This document shows, in pieces, positions 1 through 8,623 of a stretch of 32,000 bases of DNA. The stretch covers positions 1,890,001 to 1,922,000 of the forward strand of contig NC_009954.1 of the NCBI RefSeq assembly GCF_000018305.1, in the 5' to 3' direction. Each line of letters begins with the position of its first letter. The stretch's first letter is position 1. The stretch comes from Caldivirga maquilingensis IC-167. Its GTDB lineage: Archaea > Thermoproteota > Thermoprotei > Thermoproteales > Thermocladiaceae. The notes beneath the pieces were generated by a model that was given only the letters and a program-made list of their open reading frames with translations, was not told where the DNA came from and searched no databases. Position numbers and translations under genes: made by a program.

Positions 1-32
1 AGGGAGAGGCCAGGGAGAAGGTTATTAGGGAG

Positions 33-356
33 GTGATGGAGTACGTAATGAAGCTAAGGGCCAGGTGGGGCAAACTCACGGCAATACTCTACGGATCATA
101 CGCAAGGGGCGACTTCAACCTATGGAGCGACGTCGACGTAATACTCATAACGGAGCACTTCAGGGGCAGGGAATTCATAACCAGGTGCGTGGAATTAATC
201 GACACACCACCAAGGCTAGAACCCATATGCTGGACCCCTGAGGAGGCCAGGAAGGCCATGAAGAAACCCTGGCGGATTGAGGCACTACGGACATCCATCA
301 TCCTAATTGATGACCATGGCTTAGCGAGACCATGGATGCAATGGGTAACGGTTTAA
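33..356 (+). CDS. Minimal nucleotidyltransferase (MNT type, the antitoxin-like partner in HEPN-MNT modules). The frame is open to the left window edge, so the true start may lie upstream.
   Basis: The pol-beta NTase signature 'LYGSYARGDFNLWSDVDVILI' (GSxxxG...DxD) is present. The roughly 107 aa size is typical. In-frame codons 3..32 contain no stop. Confidence 0.8.
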   Translation: MMEYVMKLRARWGKLTAILYGSYARGDFNLWSDVDVILITEHFRGREFITRCVELIDTPPRLEPICWTPEEARKAMKKPWRIEALRTSIILIDDHGLARPWMQWVTV

Positions 357-587
357 CTGCCCCTAAGTAACTGATCTATGGGGTATTGATGACTCCCACT
401 CAATGGGGATCGGCCCCATGTAGACTTTCGTGATGATTATGTTAACGATCTGAGGAACTGCGGTTAAGGATAGAAATTCACATATTAAGCCCAAATGACT
501 GGTACCGGAAAATTAACTGTGAAGGGAATGGAAATTCTTAATGAAGTTTTATTTTTAATTCTTAAGTATCGTTATTTAGGCATTATT

Positions 588-2030
588 TCATGTTGGAATG
601 GCCTCTTCCTCCGTCCTATACTTCCTCGCATCGAATCCGAGGACCGCACCTATCACTGCAGTGATAAATGCGAATGTTGCCAGGAAGTGTAATGTATTCA
701 CTACGCCGATCGAGCTGAACAGAATGGGTGCCCAGAAGGAGCTTACAACTGCCGCCAGTTTACTGAAGAAGTAGTTCCAGCCACCTGCTGTACCTCTCTC
801 ACTAGGTCCGTATGCCGTGTTTATCATTACGTATGACTGTACACCATTGGGTCCCATTACGTGGAACACCAAGAATGTTGTAGCGAAAAATACTATCAGT
901 GGCACTATCTTGGGCGGCAATACGAAGGATGCCGCAAGCATCGAGATACCAGTACCCAGTGTACCTATGACGTATAGATTCTTCGTACCAAGTCTCGGAA
1001 CAAGATATGCCGTAGCAATGCCCGCCGCGAATCCCGCAACATTTATTATGGTAGTTGAGACTAGGGTAGCCAGTGAGCCTATTTTTGAAAGCACCAATAA
1101 GATATATGGAGTATAGAAACCGAAGGAGTAAAACTCGATTCCACCCTCGAAGGTGCCTATAAAGGTACTGGTGAGTTCCTTCCACTTACTCCTCCTGAAT
1201 ATCCTAAACAAGCTCCTGAAACCACGAACCTTGTGTATATCCAAGTCAACATCCGGTACATCCTGTAAATCTATTCCATATACCTGCTTAATTATTCGTT
1301 TCGCCGTAGCTAATCTACCCCTATATGCTATCCAAAGCACCGATTCAGGTATCCTTGATCTAAACAGAAGAATTATGAAGGCAGCAATACCGCCAATAAC
1401 CATGATGGCCCTCCATATTATTGGGTGCGTTAATGAATGTAGTGCAAAATACAGTGGAAAAACTATGAATACTATGGCAAACACCACAGAACCAAACCAA
1501 TATGCATCAAAACCGCCAGAGAACACGAGTCTCTTATTGAACTCAAGGAACTCGAAGATGTAGCTAAACCCCGTAACTATGTCTGCACCTAACGCATAAC
1601 CCAGCAATATCCTGAATATTGAGAACGTGTAGGGATCCGGTGCCAAACCAGCACCAATAGCCATAGCTACGAACAGGATCATGTTAAGTATAAGCATGTT
1701 CCTCCTGCCTATCCTATCATTCAACCACCCACCCGTCAGAGCACCTATCGTAGCTCCTATTTGTATGGAAGCTATGGCAAATCCAAAGAGGGCGGAGGAC
1801 ATCCATGGCCATGTGTTCTTGAATGCTGCCGTTGCTAGTGAAAATGCGCTGAAATCATACGCATCGAGAAATAGGGAGGCTATGGCTATGCCAATTATGA
1901 AGTATGGAGTAACGTGGCTCTGGGCAAGAACGACCTGGTATATTCTTTTTATACCCCTCTCTATGTCTTCTCTAGTGTAACCGGGTTGACTAGCCACATT
2001 AGCGATTAATCGACTTGTGTTTATATACAT
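588..2030 (-). CDS. MFS transporter (metabolite/sugar:H+ symporter-like)
   Basis: 480 aa polytopic protein with the MFS loop 2-3 signature 'GGWLNDRIGRRNMLI'. About 12 hydrophobic segments are visible in the translation. Confidence 0.85.
   Translation of the reverse strand: MYINTSRLIANVASQPGYTREDIERGIKRIYQVVLAQSHVTPYFIIGIAIASLFLDAYDFSAFSLATAAFKNTWPWMSSALFGFAIASIQIGATIGALTGGWLNDRIGRRNMLILNMILFVAMAIGAGLAPDPYTFSIFRILLGYALGADIVTGFSYIFEFLEFNKRLVFSGGFDAYWFGSVVFAIVFIVFPLYFALHSLTHPIIWRAIMVIGGIAAFIILLFRSRIPESVLWIAYRGRLATAKRIIKQVYGIDLQDVPDVDLDIHKVRGFRSLFRIFRRSKWKELTSTFIGTFEGGIEFYSFGFYTPYILLVLSKIGSLATLVSTTIINVAGFAAGIATAYLVPRLGTKNLYVIGTLGTGISMLAASFVLPPKIVPLIVFFATTFLVFHVMGPNGVQSYVMINTAYGPSERGTAGGWNYFFSKLAAVVSSFWAPILFSSIGVVNTLHFLATFAFITAVIGAVLGFDARKYRTEEEAIPT
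1017..1103. repeat. Copy 1 of an exact 87-bp direct repeat, internal to the MFS coding sequence
   Basis: The string 'aatgcccgccgcgaatcccgcaacatttattatggtagttgagactagggtagccagtgagcctatttttgaaagcaccaataagat' is identical at 1017-1103 and 4425-4511. Confidence 0.95.
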
Positions 2031-2123
2031 TTTTTAAACTTCTTAAATAAAAACCATCAACCATACCAGTGATTACTCCTCAATAAATACAAGAAATCCA
2101 TTATTGCTATAAGCCTAGAATTT

Positions 2124-3209
2124 TTATCCCTCCACAACTGATCCTAGTTTGAACCTCCTTAGCTCTGCACCATAGGGATTTATTATTAGTTTGATTACCT
2201 CATCATTATTAATCAGTTCCCTGAAGTAATCGTTAATTTTGATTAAGGGTATCTCAATAATGGGCATCCTGTATAAGTATTCATACTTCTCTTTATGCAT
2301 ATTATAGAGAATCTCTATTGCATTTATGAAATCACTTGGATTATATATTATGGATCCCTCTATGTGGATCTCCCTCCGTACGACTGCATAAAGATCTATA
2401 TTCACATTTTTTTGCCCTAAGCCTAGAATAACCGACCTTATTCCTGATGGCAATATATTCGATATACTCATTATGTCCGATATACTACTATTATTACCTA
2501 CTGTATCGACTATCTTTAGCCCGTTTAAATAAGGAAATTCAAGCGGATAATCATAAATACTACTCAGTATGTGCACTAAATCGCCAAACACCTCTCTCAG
2601 TATGTGTACTTTCTTAATATTTATTTCCTTTATAAATATGTTTACCTTATCTCTTAGTTCGTGGAGTAATAACATTGTGGTTAGATGCCCCAGTGCACCG
2701 CCACCGATGATCAATATATTATCGCCGGGTTTAGGATCTATTTTCTTCATTGCATGGATAACTACTGCTAAGGGCTCGGTTAATACTGCCTCATAGTTAC
2801 TCAAGGAGTCGGGTACCTTGAATAAATACTTACTTTCAACATCCATGTATTCTGAGAGGGCTCCAGGCGCATTAACGCCAATACTTACTTTATTTTTACA
2901 AGTATTGAAGTGACCCACCTTACAATCAATACATGAGTCGCACCAATAATTGGGAAAAACCACAACCCTATCATTAATTTTAAGGCTGTTAGATCCATCT
3001 TCCTCCGCTATATTGACTACTTGAGCGACAATCTCGTGGCCTATCACTAGGGGGTACTTTATTCCCTCTCTATGGCCCCTACATATTTCCTTATCAGTAC
3101 CACAAACACCCACTAGTAACGGCCTAATTAATACATGCCTAGGGGGTGCCTCCTTTATGTCTTTTCTATGAAATACGCAATCCTTATCAAGCTCATACTG
3201 CCACATCAT
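2124..3209 (-). CDS. Zn-dependent medium-chain dehydrogenase/reductase (alcohol, polyol or threonine dehydrogenase family)
   Basis: Catalytic Zn motifs 'GVCGTDKEI' and 'GHEIVAQV'. Structural Zn cluster 'CDSCIDCKVGHFNTC'. Rossmann motif 'IIGGGALGHL'. Confidence 0.85.
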   Translation of the reverse strand: MMWQYELDKDCVFHRKDIKEAPPRHVLIRPLLVGVCGTDKEICRGHREGIKYPLVIGHEIVAQVVNIAEEDGSNSLKINDRVVVFPNYWCDSCIDCKVGHFNTCKNKVSIGVNAPGALSEYMDVESKYLFKVPDSLSNYEAVLTEPLAVVIHAMKKIDPKPGDNILIIGGGALGHLTTMLLLHELRDKVNIFIKEINIKKVHILREVFGDLVHILSSIYDYPLEFPYLNGLKIVDTVGNNSSISDIMSISNILPSGIRSVILGLGQKNVNIDLYAVVRREIHIEGSIIYNPSDFINAIEILYNMHKEKYEYLYRMPIIEIPLIKINDYFRELINNDEVIKLIINPYGAELRRFKLGSVVEG

Positions 3210-3997
3210 AATTCACCCATAATTCTTACAAAGTCTAACATATGCGACAGAGGGATCTGGCCAGACGCTGATTTACCCATTAGGTCGACGAAAACTAAAT
3301 CTGAACCGAATATCGGCGTCAACACCCTACCTACCTTCCCCCTCTCCCCCATGGTTAGCGTTATCAGGGGCTTCCTTAATTTAGCCCTCAAGTCATGGGT
3401 CACTCGAAGCATTGTTATGATATCGCTGAAATCACGCGCCATGGTGGCGATCTTAAGGATATCTGCACCCACAGCCGCCTCCTCCTCACCAATCCTATAT
3501 AATGTATCATAATCCGGTGTATTATTAAAGTCATGGTAAGATACTATTAACCCTATACCCTCATCTTTAGAGTACTTTAGGATCGATGAAGCATAATATC
3601 TCATTTCAGGATCCTTAAATACATACAACTCCACATCTAGTATTGTTGGTTTGTATTTCACTATGATATCTAAAATCATCTTCAGCCTAAGGTGGTCCGG
3701 AATTTCATAAACACCCCCCTCTCTGGGTGACCTGAAGGTGAATATGTAGGGGAACCCGAGATTATTAAGTTGTAAAAGGATATTTGATGGAGATAAATCC
3801 TTGTTTTCCATCAATAAGTAATCATACCTTATCTCCAAGATATGGATGCCCTTCTCTTTAGCTATATTAACTATTTCACTAATATCATTAAACCCCTTAA
3901 GGCTAATCACTGGTGCAGCGATTATTACATTATTATCTCCAAAGACTATACCATGTACATTAACTGCCTTCTCCAGAGTATACCTCAAGGCGAACAC
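3206..3997 (-). CDS. aroD: Type I 3-dehydroquinate dehydratase-like protein (AroD fold). It sits in a catabolic-looking operon, so it may not be the biosynthetic aroD.
   Basis: AroD-type motifs 'LEIRYDYL', 'ILDVEL', 'VSYHDFNNTP' (catalytic His region), 'ADILKIATMA' (Schiff-base Lys region) and 'LTMGERGKVGRVL..FGS'. It overlaps the downstream dehydrogenase by 4 nt. Confidence 0.75.
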   Translation of the reverse strand: MFALRYTLEKAVNVHGIVFGDNNVIIAAPVISLKGFNDISEIVNIAKEKGIHILEIRYDYLLMENKDLSPSNILLQLNNLGFPYIFTFRSPREGGVYEIPDHLRLKMILDIIVKYKPTILDVELYVFKDPEMRYYASSILKYSKDEGIGLIVSYHDFNNTPDYDTLYRIGEEEAAVGADILKIATMARDFSDIITMLRVTHDLRAKLRKPLITLTMGERGKVGRVLTPIFGSDLVFVDLMGKSASGQIPLSHMLDFVRIMGEL

Positions 3998-4002
3998 CCC
4001 TC

Positions 4003-4377
4003 TTACTCCTTAGGAAGCTCGCCTGGTGGTGAGTAAATCCATAACAGTATCAGCGGCTTGTCACAAGTGTTTATATGTCTATGTTCAACTCCTTTGGGTA
4101 TAAACATGAAGTCATGTTCCTTAAAGGGCCTCCTCTCTCCCTCAGACTCTACTTCCCCACAACCTTGAACTACAAAGTCAATCTCCTCAGAATTTGGGTG
4201 GGAATGTAAGGAACTAGATTCACCAGGCTCAAATATGGTGATCCCAGCGACAAACATCGTACTCCCCGTTAATTGGGGGCTAATAGTCCTAAAAACCTTC
4301 CTTATTTCTCCAGGCTTGTTACCAAGCCATATTTTTTCGGCATCCCTATATGGGTTTATTATTAGTATCTTCATCAA
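4003..4377 (-). CDS. Small single-domain cupin protein. The likely true start is ATG at 4374, since 4377 is a TTG.
   Basis: Cupin metal-binding motifs 'SSLHSHPNSEEIDFVVQGCGEV' and 'FIPKGVEHRHIN'. It lies 5 nt upstream of the AroD-like gene. Confidence 0.75.
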   Translation of the reverse strand: MMKILIINPYRDAEKIWLGNKPGEIRKVFRTISPQLTGSTMFVAGITIFEPGESSSLHSHPNSEEIDFVVQGCGEVESEGERRPFKEHDFMFIPKGVEHRHINTCDKPLILLWIYSPPGELPKE

Positions 4378-4424
4378 GAATACCTTCTCAGAATACCTTA
4401 ATAAGACTTTATTTAAGAAGTTTT

Positions 4425-4511
4425 AATGCCCGCCGCGAATCCCGCAACATTTATTATGGTAGTTGAGACTAGGGTAGCCAGTGAGCCTATTTTTGAAAGC
4501 ACCAATAAGAT
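4425..4511. repeat. Copy 2 of the exact 87-bp direct repeat. It is an orphan fragment of the MFS gene in the ThDP-enzyme/cupin intergenic spacer.
   Basis: Identical to 1017-1103 in the same orientation. It ends 10 nt from the ThDP-enzyme stop (4522) and starts 1 nt after a promoter-like 16-mer (4408-4423). Confidence 0.95.
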
Positions 4512-4521
4512 GCAATGTCAA

Positions 4522-6309
4522 TTACTCAATGTTCTCTCTCCTATCGAACATATAGATCAACTTACCATGATATATCTCGCTTATTGACCAGTGACCTGTA
4601 ACGGGTACATCAGGCTGCAGTGCAGTTGGCACCTCAACCACAACAGGCTCACTCAACTTTATGGCCTCGTTTAATGCATCTAACAATTCACTGGGCCTCT
4701 CGATCCTCATACCCTTAACCCCTGAGGCCTCGGCTATTTTTACAAAATCAGGATTATACAGTCGTTTATACTTATCATAAAATGCTGTACCGATGTACCT
4801 CTCCCCGTAATGAATCCTCTGTATATTCTGTATCGTACCGAAACTATAATTATTCAGCACTAAGAACACCACAGGTATTTCGTATTGCTTGGCCGTAAAT
4901 AGGCATGTTACCGTGCTAGTGAATCCTCCATCACCCACGACACTAATTACCTTCAGGTTAGGGTTACCCAACTTAACGCCGAGAGCTGCAGGCGGCGCAA
5001 ACCCCATGATGGCGAGGCCAGCTGTTGTTATATAGTTATGGGGTTTCGTGATCCTCAAGAACTGGGCTATGCCATTCTTGGGCCACCCAACATCAGTGAC
5101 TAATGATATATTCTCATCTTTCTTAATTAACATCTGAAGTACCTTAACTATATAATCAGGCCTTATGGGTGTATTCTCTGCGGTTACCGACATAAAATCT
5201 TCCCAATACTTATCGTACACTTCCTTGAACGAGTTGAACCATGGAGAACGCTCAACCTTACCCTTCCTTATTAAGTTCCTTAGTTGGTCTATGATCTCAC
5301 GCAAGGTGGCCTTTATGTCGCCCAGTAGGAAAAGGTCCTCAGGGAAACTCTTACTTTGCTCCTTCTCATCTATATCTATTCTCAGAAGTCTTGATTTAGA
5401 GAAATCGAAAGTGTACCCATAGATCCATGAGCTTGAGTTAACTTCGCCAAAACGAGTACCTAGGGCTATAACCAAATCCGCCTCCAGTAACGCTTTATTC
5501 GCGGCGGGATTACCCCAACCACCAGCAAAGCCCAGCGCAAGGGGATGATCCTCAGGGAACGTTCCCTTACCACCCATGGTAGTAACGACAGGAGCATTAA
5601 GTAGTTCCGCAAACTCCAGTAATTCCGGCTCTGCTTCTGAAAGTCTAACGCCACCACCTGCCAGTATGACGGGTCTCTCACTCCTAAGGATCATGTTTAT
5701 GGCCTCATTTATTTTCTCAGGGGAGGGCCTTATCCTTAAGTCATTCAATCTATGTAATCTCCTATAGATGCCGTGCTTATTTGTCTTGAGACTGAATATC
5801 TCCATGGGTATATCCACCAACACGGGCCCTGGCCTATTCGATAATGCTAAGGAGAAGGCCCTATCAAGTATTCTCTCAAGGTTATGTACATGATGCACCT
5901 GCCAGACCCTCTTTACGAAGGGCAAGTATGTTAGGTGTTGAGACAAGTCAATCAATAGATTGATCTCTTGATGGGCGCCAGCACCCTCATATATGGATGG
6001 GGCATCTCCAGATATGATTATCATGGCACTAGAATCTAACGCGGCGTTAGCAACAGCGGGTACCGCATTCAAAAGACCAGGACCCACATGAGTAACCACG
6101 ACGCCCGGTTTATGCGTTACCCTGAAATAACCATCCGCCATATACGCGGCTACTGCCTCGTGCCTCACCTGGATCAGGTTTATATCTGGGCTGTATAATG
6201 CATCATAAAGATCTACTATAGTATGTCCAGTTAATGTGAATACGTACTCAACTTTTTGTCTCTCCAAATACTTAACTATTACTTCTGACCCTCTTAATTC
6301 ATTCATCAT
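4522..6309 (-). CDS. Thiamine-diphosphate-dependent enzyme of the acetolactate synthase / IolD / oxalyl-CoA decarboxylase superfamily. Specificity cannot be resolved from the sequence alone.
   Basis: 595 aa. The N-terminal PYR domain reads 'VRHEAVAAYMADGY...GPGLLNAVPAVANAALDSSAMIIISGD'. The ThDP-binding motif reads 'VVGDGGF...LNNYSFG'. Confidence 0.85.
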   Translation of the reverse strand: MMNELRGSEVIVKYLERQKVEYVFTLTGHTIVDLYDALYSPDINLIQVRHEAVAAYMADGYFRVTHKPGVVVTHVGPGLLNAVPAVANAALDSSAMIIISGDAPSIYEGAGAHQEINLLIDLSQHLTYLPFVKRVWQVHHVHNLERILDRAFSLALSNRPGPVLVDIPMEIFSLKTNKHGIYRRLHRLNDLRIRPSPEKINEAINMILRSERPVILAGGGVRLSEAEPELLEFAELLNAPVVTTMGGKGTFPEDHPLALGFAGGWGNPAANKALLEADLVIALGTRFGEVNSSSWIYGYTFDFSKSRLLRIDIDEKEQSKSFPEDLFLLGDIKATLREIIDQLRNLIRKGKVERSPWFNSFKEVYDKYWEDFMSVTAENTPIRPDYIVKVLQMLIKKDENISLVTDVGWPKNGIAQFLRITKPHNYITTAGLAIMGFAPPAALGVKLGNPNLKVISVVGDGGFTSTVTCLFTAKQYEIPVVFLVLNNYSFGTIQNIQRIHYGERYIGTAFYDKYKRLYNPDFVKIAEASGVKGMRIERPSELLDALNEAIKLSEPVVVEVPTALQPDVPVTGHWSISEIYHGKLIYMFDRRENIE

Positions 6310-6447
6310 GGATTAATCGTTTAGGTTATATTTTTATGTTTCTTTAACATGTTTAATTTCTCGGCCACTAAGTTATGGTGACCATTAAAGGCTCATTGAA
6401 TATATTAAAAAAACATTTAAAGGTACCAATTAGGGACAACACATCGT
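6310..6447. promoter_or_regulatory. Divergent promoter region between the ThDP-enzyme gene (-) and the HMGL-like gene (+)
   Basis: The TATA-like 'atttaaag' at 6415-6422 ends 25 nt before the ATG at 6448. On the minus strand, 'ataaaaatat' (6328-6337) lies about 18 nt upstream of the start at 6309. This spacing fits leaderless archaeal transcripts. Confidence 0.35.
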
Positions 6448-7515
6448 ATGATAATCGATGACACCTTAAGGGAGGGTTTGCAGGCACCTGGTATCTCATT
6501 CACTGTTGAGGAGAAGATCGAGTTAGCTAAATTAATCAGTAATGCTGGCGTAGATGAAGCCATTGTTTCCCACCCATCTGCACATGAGTCTGAGGTTGAG
6601 GTTACAAGGATCATTGTGGAAAGGAACTATTTTAAGTACGTGTTCGGCCTCGGTAGGGCATTAAAGGAGGATATTGATTTAATAGCGAGTACCGGTGCTA
6701 ATATCAGCACGTATATACCATTTGAGCCTCAATTGGTTAATAAATCCCTCGATGTCATTAAGTACGCCGTTAATACCTACGGTAAGGGTAAATTGATAAT
6801 TGAAGTGGGTATTACGAATATAACCGCTTATGAGTTAAGCAATATCGTTAAGTTAGCTAAGACCCTGGAGGAGCTGGGTGTCGATAGGATTCAACTTGCG
6901 GATTCCCTAGGTAAGGCCACGCCGAAACTCATGTACAATATTGTAAATAACGTGAAGCATACCGTAAAGATTCCAGTCAGCGTGCACTGCCATAATGATA
7001 TGGGTGCTGCGGTAGCTAACTCAATAAGTTCAGTATACGCTGGTGCTGATTATGTGGATGCAACAATCTACGGTATAGGTGAGAGGAATGGTATAGCCGA
7101 TTTAGCCACAATAGCCATGATACTGAGAAACGATAGTTACAGGATAAACATTGATTTCGAAAAACTTAGAGATGCATATAACTACTTAGCTAAATTAATA
7201 ATCGATAAGATTGATATCGAGTTCTTTAGAAATAATTTCCCAGTATTTGGTAATAATATATCTATACAAACCGCCGGCACACACGCAGCTTATCCAGGGG
7301 TATTTAAGGAGGTGGGGTATTCGCTTAATGTATACGTGGGTAGGTCCACATTACGTAAAGTGCTATCTGAACTCGGTATATCCCTTAACGATCAGGAATT
7401 ATTAATGCTCATGAGGAAGATTAAGGATACAGCCGTAAGGACAGGTAGAGCTGTAACTTATGACCAATTACTGCGACTCATCAATGAGATTAAGGGTGAG
7501 TTACATGGTTCTTGA
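6448..7515 (+). CDS. DRE-TIM metallolyase (HMG-CoA lyase, citramalyl-CoA lyase, or homocitrate/isopropylmalate synthase-like catalytic domain only)
   Basis: N-terminal 'IIDDTLREGLQ' (DxTLRDG-Q motif) and 'HCHNDMGAAVANSISSVYAGADYVDATIYGIGERNG'. At 355 aa it has no LeuA-type regulatory domain. Confidence 0.8.
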   Translation: MIIDDTLREGLQAPGISFTVEEKIELAKLISNAGVDEAIVSHPSAHESEVEVTRIIVERNYFKYVFGLGRALKEDIDLIASTGANISTYIPFEPQLVNKSLDVIKYAVNTYGKGKLIIEVGITNITAYELSNIVKLAKTLEELGVDRIQLADSLGKATPKLMYNIVNNVKHTVKIPVSVHCHNDMGAAVANSISSVYAGADYVDATIYGIGERNGIADLATIAMILRNDSYRINIDFEKLRDAYNYLAKLIIDKIDIEFFRNNFPVFGNNISIQTAGTHAAYPGVFKEVGYSLNVYVGRSTLRKVLSELGISLNDQELLMLMRKIKDTAVRTGRAVTYDQLLRLINEIKGELHGS

Positions 7516-8623
7516 GATAAAGCCCATAGTTCTTGAGCTTGGACAAATCGTAGCAGGACCCACAGCTGGATTGATACTCGCTGATCTAGGCTTCAACGTC
7601 ATAAAGATAGAGCAACCAGGTCGTGGGGACATAGCGAGATACCTTACTGGGCCTAGTGAGGGGCACTTTGCATTCTTTAACAGGGGTAAGAGGAGTATGA
7701 CCCTTAACCTGAAGACAGAGGAAGGTAGAGAGATATTTCTTAAATTAGTTAAGAGATCGGATATTATAATCGAGAATATGGGCTATGGCACCATGGAGAG
7801 ATTAGGCATTGGTTATTCCGTATTGAGTAAGATTAATCCAGGGATTATTTACTTATCCATAAAGGGCTACGGGAGTGGGCCATACGAGGACAGGAATGCA
7901 TTAGATTACCCAATTGAGATTGAGTCTGGGGTTGCTTATATGAATGGCTTAAGCAATAAGCCAATGAGGCTAGGGGCCTCCATCATAGATATTGCAGCGG
8001 CCATGTTTGGGGTAATTGGAGTACTTCATGCATTATTAGAGAGGGAGAGGACCGGTAAAGGCACATTCATTAAGATTGGATTGTTTGAGACAGCCATGTT
8101 CCTCATGGGCCAACACATAGCTGCTTACCAAGCCAGGGGATTTGTACCCCTGAAGCCTATGAATGAGGAGGGATTTGCATGGGCAATCTATGATTTCTTC
8201 GAGACAGCCGATGGTAAAAGAATATTCATAGCAATAACCACAGATGCCCAATGGCATAGATTCTGTGAACTCTTTAAACTACCCATATGCGAATCACCCG
8301 ACTACTCGACAAATGAGGCAAGATATCAACGTAGAAGTGAGCTCATACCTATGGTAGCAGAAGCCATAAGAAGGCTTCGTAGTGATGAGTTAATTCATGT
8401 GCTAAGGCAAAACGGTATCAGTTACGCCGTACTGAATACACCATGGGATTTATTGAATGATCCTCATGCATCCAAAAAATTAATCAGCATCAATTATAGA
8501 CAGAAACAGATTAAGGTACCAGTAACGCCATTAGAGAGTGATACAATACGATACAATGACGCGGATCCGCCTGAGCTTGGAGATAGCACGGAGATAATAC
8601 TTAAAGAGCTTGGTTATAGTTAA
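7505..8623 (+). CDS. Family III CoA-transferase (CaiB/BaiF/Frc family)
   Basis: 'VLELGQIVAGPTAGLILADLGFNVIKIEQPGRGDIAR' matches the family III N-terminal signature. I chose the ATG at 7505 ('MVLEIKP...'), which overlaps the upstream stop by 11 nt. The track ORF starts at 7460. Confidence 0.85.
   Translation: MVLEIKPIVLELGQIVAGPTAGLILADLGFNVIKIEQPGRGDIARYLTGPSEGHFAFFNRGKRSMTLNLKTEEGREIFLKLVKRSDIIIENMGYGTMERLGIGYSVLSKINPGIIYLSIKGYGSGPYEDRNALDYPIEIESGVAYMNGLSNKPMRLGASIIDIAAAMFGVIGVLHALLERERTGKGTFIKIGLFETAMFLMGQHIAAYQARGFVPLKPMNEEGFAWAIYDFFETADGKRIFIAITTDAQWHRFCELFKLPICESPDYSTNEARYQRRSELIPMVAEAIRRLRSDELIHVLRQNGISYAVLNTPWDLLNDPHASKKLISINYRQKQIKVPVTPLESDTIRYNDADPPELGDSTEIILKELGYS

Noticed and set aside
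495-692. 65-aa plus-strand ORF
   Set aside because: It overlaps the 3' end of the MFS gene on the opposite strand. I recognised no motif and no TATA box at the proper distance.
802-1980. Several 99-136 aa ORFs on both strands inside the MFS gene (802..1185, 817..1116, 1153..1563, 1681..1980)
   Set aside because: They lie entirely within the strongly supported MFS CDS. They are antisense or off-frame shadow ORFs with no motifs or promoters.
4426-4590. Plus-strand ORF 'MPAANPATFIMVVETRVASEPIFESTNKMQ...' created by the 87-bp MFS fragment
   Set aside because: It is the antisense reading of a transporter fragment and runs into the ThDP gene on the wrong strand. It is most likely a by-product of the duplication.
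7460-7504. The longer start (7460) for the CoA-transferase given in the ORF track
   Set aside because: The extra 15 aa ('MTNYCDSSMRLRVSY') overlap the upstream gene by 56 nt and precede the conserved family N-terminus. The ATG at 7505 gives the canonical start.
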